64,000 nt of DNA, from sequence record NC_052662.1. One strand, 5' to 3'. Below the pieces are notes generated by a model. The model did not search any database. It was not told where the DNA came from and saw only the letters and a list, made by a program, of their open reading frames with translations. The stretch comes from Escherichia phage Mt1B1_P17. Shown piece by piece: positions 8,581 through 16,201 of the stretch (position 1 is the stretch's first letter; every line of letters begins with the position of its first letter). The position numbers and the translations under genes were made by a program.

Positions 8581-8777
8581 ATAGTTTTTTAAAACATTTT
8601 ACCATGAATGGTGACTCCACCAACCCCCGTTCTCAACGAACGGTGCTCTTCGAGCATTTATGTCTTCTAATATAACCGTGGCCTTTGTTTATAATGTCTG
8701 ACATACTTGCCTCATTCTCTGCCACCATGATCAGTAGTGGGTTCAAATCACTTGAGCTAATTCATGTTAAAATGTTC

Positions 8778-8852
8778 TGGTGTCTTTACAAGGAATCGAA
8801 CCTTGACTAAGAGTTTAGAAGACTCCTGTGCTATCCATTACACCATAAAGAC
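8778..8852 (-). tRNA. tRNA-Arg (anticodon TCT)
   Basis: acceptor GTCTTTA/TAAAGAC, D-arm GTGT..CAC, anticodon stem GGAGT/ACTCT with loop CTTCTAA, T-arm CAAGG-TTCGATT-CCTTG, CCA encoded. Confidence 0.8.
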
Positions 8853-8854
8853 GT

Positions 8855-8929
8855 TGGTGGCCCTGGCTGGTTTCGATCCAGCTACCTATCGGTTATGAGC
8901 CGACAGCTCTCCCATTGAGCTACAGGGCC
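8855..8929 (-). tRNA. tRNA-Met (anticodon CAT; second CAT tRNA)
   Basis: perfect acceptor GGCCCTG/CAGGGCC, D-arm GCTC..GAGC, anticodon stem GTCGG/CCGAT with loop CTCATAA, T-loop ATCGAAA, CCA encoded. Confidence 0.7.
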
Positions 8930-9133
8930 ATAAATGTGGTAACAGAGACGCTGACGATTGTAGAGAACCGCTACATTCTCTAAGACCAAGCCCAACTTTC
9001 AGCGTAAAAGTTCTTGAGCCGAGACTATTCCTTTTCCTCTTTGGTAGCTAACCTCTGAAGAAGTAGTCTCTAACACTACCGCAGTGCAAGCCCCTCTTAA
9101 CAAAAGTCAACGACCCTGTTACCACACTTGATG

Positions 9134-9167
9134 AACGTATCCTAACATATGAAGGATACGTTTGTCA
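9134..9167 (-). promoter_or_regulatory. promoter-like TTGACA box overlapping a 9-bp inverted repeat (possible operator)
   Basis: fourth CTATTGACAA copy (plus 9162..9167); downstream element is the palindrome AACGTATCC-N11-GGATACGTT (9134..9162); -10 is weak. Confidence 0.35.
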
Positions 9168-9175
9168 ATAGTTAT

Positions 9176-9490
9176 TTAAGCATATTCTGTTACTTCTTCA
9201 CTATCTTTCTTTTCTAGAAGAGCAACAACCAAAGCTTCTGCGTTAAAAGTATTAATTTCAAGATCCATCTCTCGCATCAGAGCCAAGAAATCAATAACTT
9301 TAACATCTTTAGTGATTACAATAGAAGTTGTACCATTGTTTTCAGATGTGTATTTTTCTGGATGGAAAAGAAAAACTGCATTGCCGTTACCATCTTCAAA
9401 CACGTGTTTTTCTAATAGAGACATTGTTCCTCCTAATCTGTTAGTTGTTCGTCCTCTACCAAGTTTGACACGAGAACGTCTGTTATACAT
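9176..9490 (-). CDS. hypothetical protein
   Basis: 104 aa ORF, first gene of the leftward unit upstream of the tRNA cluster. Confidence 0.5.
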   Translation of the reverse strand: MYNRRSRVKLGRGRTTNRLGGTMSLLEKHVFEDGNGNAVFLFHPEKYTSENNGTTSIVITKDVKVIDFLALMREMDLEINTFNAEALVVALLEKKDSEEVTEYA

Positions 9491-9684
9491 TGATGCTGAT
9501 AAACCCTTTCGGGACTATCATCAAAAGCCAAACCTGTGCAAATAGAACAGAGGTCTGATTCCTTGATGACTCCATTTTTATCACGTCTGGAGTGGTTTGT
9601 CAAATGCCTATTACAAGCACGGCACCTAAAATAAAAGCTATTTTGCATATATCCTTCGAACCCCAAATGGGGAGTGATCGGCAT
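9433..9684 (-). CDS. hypothetical Cys-rich protein (CxxC ... CxxC)
   Basis: 83 aa ORF overlapping the downstream ORF by 58 nt; true start may be internal. Confidence 0.3.
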   Translation of the reverse strand: MPITPHLGFEGYMQNSFYFRCRACNRHLTNHSRRDKNGVIKESDLCSICTGLAFDDSPERVYQHQCITDVLVSNLVEDEQLTD

Positions 9685-9721
9685 CTCCTCACTTCTAGTT
9701 TAGCACGAAGGATATCTTAAG

Positions 9722-9907
9722 TCAACTAGGAATAATTTTATCCTTTTTGGTTTCATAACCAGTCCAATCTAAATCCTCCCAGCCTTCATCATCGTCTAAC
9801 ACATTGTCATCATCATAAGATGCAATGTTATAAATAGAACGTGGATTACAAGACATACAATCTTTAATAGGCACATGATGCCATTTGCACGGATTCTCGC
9901 TAATCAT
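9722..9907 (-). CDS. hypothetical small Cys-containing protein
   Basis: 61 aa ORF; a TATAAATA box (plus tatttata at about 9972..9979) lies about 65 nt upstream on the minus strand. Confidence 0.45.
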   Translation of the reverse strand: MISENPCKWHHVPIKDCMSCNPRSIYNIASYDDDNVLDDDEGWEDLDWTGYETKKDKIIPS

Positions 9908-9949
9908 TGCACACCTCCATTCTTGTTAAGATGTTCCGTACTGTACTTC

Positions 9950-10140
9950 ATACTGATCTATAGATCAAGTATTATTTATAATAATTTATTATTTTATTTT
10001 TAATTGATAGAAGTTGATCTGTACGTACCAGTTCTGATACACTGTACCTGTTTGTTAGATCTAATAATTATTTATTATTAATATTTAATAATTATTAATC
10101 TAGTACAGAGTACAGTACTTGAGTACAGAGTACTACATCA
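9950..10140. repeat. AT-rich divergent intergenic region with palindromes and short direct repeats
   Basis: palindrome TGATCTATAGATCA, a roughly 45-bp AT-rich imperfect inverted repeat centred near 10075, and AGTACAG x3 with AGTACT palindromes at 10101..10135. Confidence 0.5.
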
Positions 10141-10388
10141 ACAACCTAAAACCTTAACTCGCTGCGCTCGTTAATAGATTTCTAGGGTAGCATACTTCGA
10201 ACACAAAAGTCAAGAGTTTTATTAAAAATTATTTTCTGTGTGCAAAAACCTTGCTTAAACAGGTAGCAATAGTATATCCTATAACATAAGCTTCATAAGA
10301 GGCTCGTAGAGCAAGTTCACTTACTAGGTAAGGTGATTTATCATCTTATATATAAAAAGTGCGTCAGAGACGCGTTTAGGAGGCTAGA

Positions 10389-10712
10389 ATGAGATTTACA
10401 AGACAAGAGGTAGTTGTGCTGGACGAAGCAATGACAATGATCGTCTTTTACTATGAGGATATCTTCTGTGCAGCATATCATTTAAATGACATTCAGATTG
10501 AATGGCAGCAGATAGCATTCCTGTTGGACAAGAGTAATCATTTGGATGGTTTTGAGTATTTGGAGTGGGATGGTGCAAAGGAAGTTAAAATTGTAGGGTT
10601 AAATCACGATCAGATTGTTGACATGCAATGTAAGTTGTGTCATTATCAGTTCTCAAACAAAGTCAAACTCGAAAGGCAATTGGAGGTGGTTAAAGATGAT
10701 AGCACTAATTAG
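10389..10712 (+). CDS. hypothetical protein
   Basis: 107 aa; RBS AGGAGG before the ATG; first gene of the rightward block. Confidence 0.55.
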   Translation: MRFTRQEVVVLDEAMTMIVFYYEDIFCAAYHLNDIQIEWQQIAFLLDKSNHLDGFEYLEWDGAKEVKIVGLNHDQIVDMQCKLCHYQFSNKVKLERQLEVVKDDSTN

Positions 10713-10812
10713 TGAGAATCCAGTCCTGACAACAATTGTTCTGATTTTTGCCATGTGTGTGGTTCACGATATTCTGGTAAGTTATTTTGACAACAAAGGA
10801 GGTAAGAAATGA
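10696..10812 (+). CDS. small hydrophobic protein (38 aa)
   Basis: internal ATG of track ORF 10615..10812, preceded by GGAGGTGG; single predicted transmembrane helix. Confidence 0.35.
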   Translation: MIALISENPVLTTIVLIFAMCVVHDILVSYFDNKGGKK

Positions 10813-11003
10813 AAGACGTTATTCAAATGGTATTCCGTGTAACTCTAGATGGTATACACGTTGTTAAAGGCACACAGAACTACACAGAAGCGAAAGAACA
10901 CTTCTTAGAGTGGATTGATACACTGAAGACACAAGATGTGTCCTACAGCCGTGTTACGCTTACTGGCGACCATACCCCAATCATGGAGTACGTAAAGAAA
11001 TGA
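10809..11003 (+). CDS. hypothetical protein
   Basis: 64 aa, start overlaps upstream stop, RBS AAGGAGG. Confidence 0.5.
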   Translation: MKDVIQMVFRVTLDGIHVVKGTQNYTEAKEHFLEWIDTLKTQDVSYSRVTLTGDHTPIMEYVKK

Positions 11004-11239
11004 GCAACTATCCAATTACAGGCGTAACCTATTCTTGTGTAGCAAAAGGTGGTTTATATACAGTAGTGGAATTTCCAAAACCTGCCGGAATATCTAAAGT
11101 GTTTGATCCTGTGGTTATCTATGAAGATCTTAGAACAGGTCAACGTTACTGGAGATTTGTGAATGACTTTTTAGATCGTATGGAGGTAGTAAGTGGCGAA
11201 AACACCGAAGAAGTTATCAAAGCCAAAGAACGTTACTAA
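11000..11239 (+). CDS. hypothetical protein
   Basis: 79 aa, start/stop overlap with upstream gene. Confidence 0.5.
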   Translation: MSNYPITGVTYSCVAKGGLYTVVEFPKPAGISKVFDPVVIYEDLRTGQRYWRFVNDFLDRMEVVSGENTEEVIKAKERY

Positions 11240-11546
11240 GAAACCGAAAAACGAGGTTCTCAAAGTAGCTAAATCAGTTCCTAAGAAAGATAAATTTGAT
11301 ACGGAGGCATTCGTCTTTGACACACCAATCGAGAAGATTGAAGAAGCGTTGCAACGTCTTGAGGAGCAGGAGGCAGATCCAATGGCTGAACCACTCACGG
11401 CAGACCAAATTTATTGGTGGGGAATATGGATTTTGCAACTACCAGAAGCAAAAAGAAGAGGGATGACTTCAGTTCCTACTTGTGCAAAAGAAGCGGCTGT
11501 GTTAGGTTTGTATGAGAAATCTAAAAAGAGGAGCAAAAAGAAATGA
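11193..11546 (+). CDS. hypothetical lysine-rich protein
   Basis: 117 aa, GTG start after GGAGG; N-terminus KKxxKPK repeats (histone-like basic tail). Confidence 0.45.
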   Translation: MAKTPKKLSKPKNVTKKPKNEVLKVAKSVPKKDKFDTEAFVFDTPIEKIEEALQRLEEQEADPMAEPLTADQIYWWGIWILQLPEAKRRGMTSVPTCAKEAAVLGLYEKSKKRSKKK

Positions 11547-11824
11547 TCAAGACTTTCCTGAAGTGTGTAAAAGCAACAGATAATGAGTGGTACTCTGGAT
11601 TATTCACTGCTGGCAAGAAATACGAGATCCTCAACGGGACAGGCAAGAAGTTTTCTCTCGTTGTAAACGATGAAGGCACGAAGCAAATGGTATTTGCTGA
11701 AAGTTCTGTTTATGGTATCTTTGAAGTAGTGCAAGAAGGCTCTCCAATGATTCTGGAGTATCATAGCACTAATAAACCATATACTGCTATGGATGTTATC
11801 AACAACAAGAGGAATGCAAAATGA
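11543..11824 (+). CDS. hypothetical protein
   Basis: 93 aa, overlapping start/stop, RBS GAGGAG. Confidence 0.55.
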   Translation: MIKTFLKCVKATDNEWYSGLFTAGKKYEILNGTGKKFSLVVNDEGTKQMVFAESSVYGIFEVVQEGSPMILEYHSTNKPYTAMDVINNKRNAK

Positions 11825-12003
11825 TTTTACTCTATTCCGGTAAGGCAAAATACATGCAAGGTGTTAAACGTGTAGAGGTTACTAAGACAGTAACAATCGG
11901 GAAATCTTTTATCGTTTATTATTTCCTTGTTAATGGGAAGGAGTATGCTGTAGCAAAGACCTTGGTTGATAAGGGTAAAACGTGGAAAGTGGAGGCACTA
12001 TGA
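11821..12003 (+). CDS. hypothetical protein
   Basis: 60 aa, overlapping start/stop. Confidence 0.45.
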   Translation: MILLYSGKAKYMQGVKRVEVTKTVTIGKSFIVYYFLVNGKEYAVAKTLVDKGKTWKVEAL

Positions 12004-12206
12004 TCCCTGTAGCTGGGTGGGTGGTATTGGCAACACTTAATGGGAATGTTACTGTGGAGACTAAAACCATCTTCAAAGCACCAGAAGATTGCTATAACTC
12101 CTTGGTAACTTGGCCTCGTGATGAGGATGATAAGGCAGAGTATCATTGTTTTTACATTGAGGGTAAGCCTGTAGAATTTGAGGTTAAAGTGAAGGAGGAA
12201 AAATGA
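11982..12206 (+). CDS. hypothetical protein
   Basis: 74 aa. Confidence 0.45.
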   Translation: MESGGTMIPVAGWVVLATLNGNVTVETKTIFKAPEDCYNSLVTWPRDEDDKAEYHCFYIEGKPVEFEVKVKEEK

Positions 12207-12673
12207 GAATTAAAGTAACTAAAGCTTACGATGATAACCCGAAGTTTATCTCTTTGAATAAGAGTTATGGTGTCGAAAACGGCGATGAGTTCGAGGTTAT
12301 CGATCTTTTTGAGGATCACGGGTATATTGTCAAAGCCCCAATCACAGAGCAGGCTATTATCATCTTACGCACAGAGGCTGTTGAGGTAGGTTCTGATGAA
12401 CCTCAATATGACAGCCCATACATGACAGAGTGGATTGTGGCTGTAGATGTTGGAGGCAGGGTTTCTGTATTGAAAGCTCCTAATCTCCATCCTAGTTTTA
12501 CAGAGAACGGTTTGACAGCTTTAGATTACGGGTTGCCAGAAGATGTTGAGAATACACCGCCAGGTATGTACCGTTGGATTTGCTCTTTCCATGAAGAGAA
12601 GGATTGGGAATCAGGGCTTGTAGATGATTGGCATTTTGAAGTGGAGAGTTCTTTTTTAATCATGCCAGCTTAG
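12203..12673 (+). CDS. hypothetical protein
   Basis: 156 aa, RBS AAGGAGG. Confidence 0.55.
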   Translation: MRIKVTKAYDDNPKFISLNKSYGVENGDEFEVIDLFEDHGYIVKAPITEQAIIILRTEAVEVGSDEPQYDSPYMTEWIVAVDVGGRVSVLKAPNLHPSFTENGLTALDYGLPEDVENTPPGMYRWICSFHEEKDWESGLVDDWHFEVESSFLIMPA

Positions 12674-12683
12674 AGGAGGTTAT

Positions 12684-13040
12684 ATGGGTACTATTATTTG
12701 GCTTGATGATTTACGTGATCCAAAAGATTATGGTTGTCCAGATGCAATCTGGTTTAAAACATCACAGGAACTTCTTGCCTCTCGCTACATGAATGAGGTG
12801 CAGAAGGGTTATCGTTTTGTAGACGAGTGGCATTTTGACAACGATTTGGGTGAAGATTCTGACCAAGATGGGTATGATGTTTTCCTGTGCCTGGAAGAAC
12901 TTCTGGCGTTTGGTAAACCTTGCTTTGGTTCACCTACCATTTTCGTGCATACTTCTAATCCCGCCGCTGGGGATAAATTCATGCTTGCAAAAGAATCCAT
13001 GCTGCGTTATGGTATTAAAATGATTCGTGTGCACTACTAA
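12684..13040 (+). CDS. hypothetical protein
   Basis: 118 aa, RBS GAGGAGG. Confidence 0.55.
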   Translation: MGTIIWLDDLRDPKDYGCPDAIWFKTSQELLASRYMNEVQKGYRFVDEWHFDNDLGEDSDQDGYDVFLCLEELLAFGKPCFGSPTIFVHTSNPAAGDKFMLAKESMLRYGIKMIRVHY

Positions 13041-13049
13041 GGAGAAAAC

Positions 13050-13193
13050 ATGCATCATTCGGTTTGGTCGGAACAAGAAGAGGACGAAGGTTACTTTATC
13101 TACCGAGAAGAAGAGGATTGGCCCGACACAAGTAATGATCTTTTACTTCCAGACACTAGTTTTTTCGAGGATAACTTAAGAGAGGAGGATTAG
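13050..13193 (+). CDS. small acidic hypothetical protein (47 aa)
   Basis: ATG after AAGGAG; below the ORF-track size cutoff. Confidence 0.4.
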   Translation: MHHSVWSEQEEDEGYFIYREEEDWPDTSNDLLLPDTSFFEDNLREED

Positions 13194-13199
13194 GAAACA

Positions 13200-13556
13200 A
13201 TGAGTGGTATTGAAAACAACATTTGTTACCAACCTCTTACCTGGATTGGTGAGGGTCATTATGCGCAACGTGTTATCGTCTGTGCTGCGAATAAGTATAT
13301 TTTGAATAATGGTGAAGAGTTAATTATTCCTTGTGTTCGACATGCAAATCCTGTACTATATGCACAGTTAAGCGTGTTGAAAGAAGCAGGTGTAATCAAC
13401 AAAACTTTGTGCACACCAGATAATCAAGGCTTTATCGATCAGTATTACAATTGGTGGAGTCGTGCGGATGCTTACATCATCGCGGAAAATGCTGACCAGA
13501 TCGACCATGAGCGTAATGGTCACGACCATGAATTATTTAGCGAGGGATTATACTAA
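13200..13556 (+). CDS. hypothetical protein
   Basis: 118 aa, RBS GAGGAGGA. Confidence 0.55.
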   Translation: MSGIENNICYQPLTWIGEGHYAQRVIVCAANKYILNNGEELIIPCVRHANPVLYAQLSVLKEAGVINKTLCTPDNQGFIDQYYNWWSRADAYIIAENADQIDHERNGHDHELFSEGLY

Positions 13557-14107
13557 TGTTTATTACAAGCGATTTGCATTTTATGCATAAACGTATTCGA
13601 GAGTTTGCTCCTGAATATCGTCCGTGGGAAGATATGGACCACATGACAGAAGCCTTGATCGAAGCATGGAACAAATGTGCTACTACTCCTGGTGTTAAGA
13701 TGTGGCATTTGGGCGACTTCTGTTTCGGAACTGAAGAAGATACCCGTAAAATTGCTTCCCGTCTCCAAGGAGATATCACCTACTGTGTTGGGAACCATGA
13801 CTACAGCAAACACCGAGAAGTGCTTGCAGAGTATGGAGAAGTGGTGTATTATGACGAAGTGAAATATCAGAAGCTGTTCTTCGTCTTAAGCCATTACCCT
13901 ATGGCCTCCTGGAATAAACAAGGTCGTGGATCAATCATGCTACACGGGCATTCCCACGGATCTTTCCCTGATGAAGCTTATGGTAAAATGTTAGATGTGG
14001 GTTGGGATGCACACGGAAAAATCTTGCATTTTGATGAGATAATTTCTATGATGAGTAAACGAGATATCGTGACTGTAGACCATCACAAAATAATCAAAGG
14101 AGAATAA
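13556..14107 (+). CDS. calcineurin-like metallophosphoesterase (candidate RNA end-healing phosphatase)
   Basis: 183 aa; motifs DLHFMH, GDFCFG, GNHDY, LHGHSHG; immediately followed by ligase-like and kinase genes. Confidence 0.7.
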   Translation: MFITSDLHFMHKRIREFAPEYRPWEDMDHMTEALIEAWNKCATTPGVKMWHLGDFCFGTEEDTRKIASRLQGDITYCVGNHDYSKHREVLAEYGEVVYYDEVKYQKLFFVLSHYPMASWNKQGRGSIMLHGHSHGSFPDEAYGKMLDVGWDAHGKILHFDEIISMMSKRDIVTVDHHKIIKGE

Positions 14108-14108
14108 T

Positions 14109-15041
14109 GTGGCTAAATTTAATTGCGACGATTTGGTTGAAAAAGGTTTAGTTCATAAGAAAACATATAAAGAAGGAGAGTATTCTGGTCTATCTGTTCT
14201 TAAGTATAAGAACAAAGTTTTCTGGGATAACTTATGGAGCATTGATTCTCGTCTTCTAGAATGTCGCGGAATCGTTGTTGATGCTGATGACAATGTTGTT
14301 ATTTGGCCTTTCACTAAGATTTTTAATCGTTTTGAGAATGGCACAGATCTACCAGCGGATGAACTTGTAGATGTGGTTCGTAAAGTAAATGGTTTTATGG
14401 CCTCTGTAGGTGTATATAAAGGTCAACTTATTGTATCGACAACAGGAAGCCTTGAATCAGATTTTGCAAGTATTGCAAAGAATCATATTGTTTCAGAGTG
14501 TGATGACATAGAACATTTCATCAAATGGACAGAGAGTGCAAAAGCAACTTTCCTTTTTGAAATCTGTGATCCTTCTGATCCGCATATTGTCGAAGAAGAA
14601 CCAGGTGCATACTTAATTGGTGCCAGAATTCAAAATCCTGATGGGACAAGTTTTATGTTACCTGAAGGTGCTCTTGATGGAATTGCTTCTGTCACCAAAT
14701 TTAAGCGTCCTGAAGTTCATCCAATGGTTAAGTTTTCAGATGTTGTTGAAATGTCTAAACATTGTAAACACGAAGGGTTTGTAGTTCGTGAAACAAACTA
14801 TCCGTTCAACTTACTTTTAAAAATTAAATCACCACACTATCTTACTAAGAAGTTTCTTATGCGCGGTGGAGATAAAAAGTGGGATCTGATTTGGGATAAT
14901 CCAAAAAATGCCAAACAAATGGTTGACGAAGAATATTACGCTTTGTTAGAATGGATTCGAAATAATTTTACGAAGATTCAATGGGCTGCTTTAAATCAGC
15001 AAGAGCGACGTGAAAAAATCGAAAACTTTTTTGGAGGATAA
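14109..15041 (+). CDS. putative RNA ligase-like nucleotidyltransferase
   Basis: 310 aa; KxNG motif (RKVNGF) as ligase motif I, KxK motif (LLKIKSP) as motif V; 2 nt from the upstream gene. Confidence 0.5.
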   Translation: MAKFNCDDLVEKGLVHKKTYKEGEYSGLSVLKYKNKVFWDNLWSIDSRLLECRGIVVDADDNVVIWPFTKIFNRFENGTDLPADELVDVVRKVNGFMASVGVYKGQLIVSTTGSLESDFASIAKNHIVSECDDIEHFIKWTESAKATFLFEICDPSDPHIVEEEPGAYLIGARIQNPDGTSFMLPEGALDGIASVTKFKRPEVHPMVKFSDVVEMSKHCKHEGFVVRETNYPFNLLLKIKSPHYLTKKFLMRGGDKKWDLIWDNPKNAKQMVDEEYYALLEWIRNNFTKIQWAALNQQERREKIENFFGG

Positions 15042-15446
15042 ATGAAACAACTTATCATTTTACGTGGTGTTTCAGGTGCTGGTAAATCTACAGTAGCAGA
15101 AATTATTTCTGAAGGTTATTGGCCTATCTGTGAGGCAGATCAATATCATTGCACAGAGAGTGGTGTTTACGATTGGAAGCCAGAAAATGTAGGTAAAGCA
15201 CACGCATGGTGTCAGGGTATTGTTCGTGATGCTATGGCATCTAATCTTAACAAGATTATTGTTTCTAATACTTCAACCACAGAGAAAGAACTTAAACCTT
15301 ATCTAGCTCTTGCTGAAGAGTTTGGTTATCAAGTTATCTCTTTAGTTGTTGAAAATAGGCACGGTAATGATTCAATTCACGAGGTTCCACAATATATCCG
15401 TGATCAGCAAGAGAAACGTCTTCGTGGTTCACTTAAACTTCAATAA
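15042..15446 (+). CDS. P-loop polynucleotide 5'-kinase-like protein
   Basis: 134 aa; Walker A GVSGAGKST, acidic residue in CEADQY, size and layout like the T4 Pnk kinase domain. Confidence 0.6.
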   Translation: MKQLIILRGVSGAGKSTVAEIISEGYWPICEADQYHCTESGVYDWKPENVGKAHAWCQGIVRDAMASNLNKIIVSNTSTTEKELKPYLALAEEFGYQVISLVVENRHGNDSIHEVPQYIRDQQEKRLRGSLKLQ

Positions 15447-15455
15447 GGAGAAATA

Positions 15456-15782
15456 ATGCAGATTTATACAGATGATCGTAAATATGAGACAATTTTAGAT
15501 GAAGATACTGGACGAATTACCGTTCTCCGTCACGGTGAAGAGTGGCGTGATGAAACGGGAGACAATTATATCTTGTCTCTGATTCATCTTATTGAACAAA
15601 TGCGTGATGATTACGCTGAACTGCATTATGAAAATGAGGCTAATAAAGTAAAATTTGAAAATGAATTAGAAGAGAAAGAATCCGAAATGGTATATCTAAA
15701 AGAAGAGATCTCCCGTTTGGAGGAAGAGATTGATGCTCTTCAAGAAGAGATTTACGAACTCAACAACGAACTTAACGCTTAA
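15456..15782 (+). CDS. hypothetical coiled-coil protein
   Basis: 108 aa, C-terminal heptad-like EE-rich segment. Confidence 0.5.
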   Translation: MQIYTDDRKYETILDEDTGRITVLRHGEEWRDETGDNYILSLIHLIEQMRDDYAELHYENEANKVKFENELEEKESEMVYLKEEISRLEEEIDALQEEIYELNNELNA

Positions 15783-15791
15783 GGAGGGATT

Positions 15792-15983
15792 ATGAAAAAA
15801 GATATCGTTGTTGTTGGTTGGCTGACTTGCCCTTGTGGTAGTAATGACATAACTGTAAACACAGAGGGTGATAAAAATTATTTATTCTACGGGGATAAAA
15901 TCACTTGCAATACCTGCGGACGTGTTGGTATTATAGAAACCGATGATTGTTGTGCTTTTGAATCTTGGGATGAAGAAGAATGA
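15792..15983 (+). CDS. small zinc-ribbon protein
   Basis: 63 aa; CPCG ... CNTCG pairs. Confidence 0.5.
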   Translation: MKKDIVVVGWLTCPCGSNDITVNTEGDKNYLFYGDKITCNTCGRVGIIETDDCCAFESWDEEE

Positions 15984-16201
15984 GTACTGCATTTTATGTT
16001 CGTAGCGGAGACGAGGATTTTTTAGCTACTTTTGATGACGGTGATCTTGAAGATATGTATGAAGATATGCTTGACTATGCCAAAGGGCAAGGTTTCACAA
16101 GCATTGATTACATGTTGGCAACATCTACAACGTTACTCGACGCAGATTTGGATGAAGTGTGTAACAGATTGAAAATTTCAGTTTTTAAATGGGAGGACTA
16201 A
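15980..16201 (+). CDS. hypothetical acidic protein
   Basis: 73 aa. Confidence 0.45.
   Translation: MSTAFYVRSGDEDFLATFDDGDLEDMYEDMLDYAKGQGFTSIDYMLATSTTLLDADLDEVCNRLKISVFKWED

Noticed and set aside
8735-8760. GGGTTCAAATC, a forward-orientation T-loop-like motif suggesting a plus-strand tRNA
   Set aside because: No acceptor stem partner found at the expected distance and the stem register around the loop is non-canonical
6950-9150. Possibility that the regularly spaced structured elements form a CRISPR array
   Set aside because: The units are tRNA cloverleaves with different sequences, not identical direct repeats separated by unique spacers; no CRISPR repeat seen anywhere in the window
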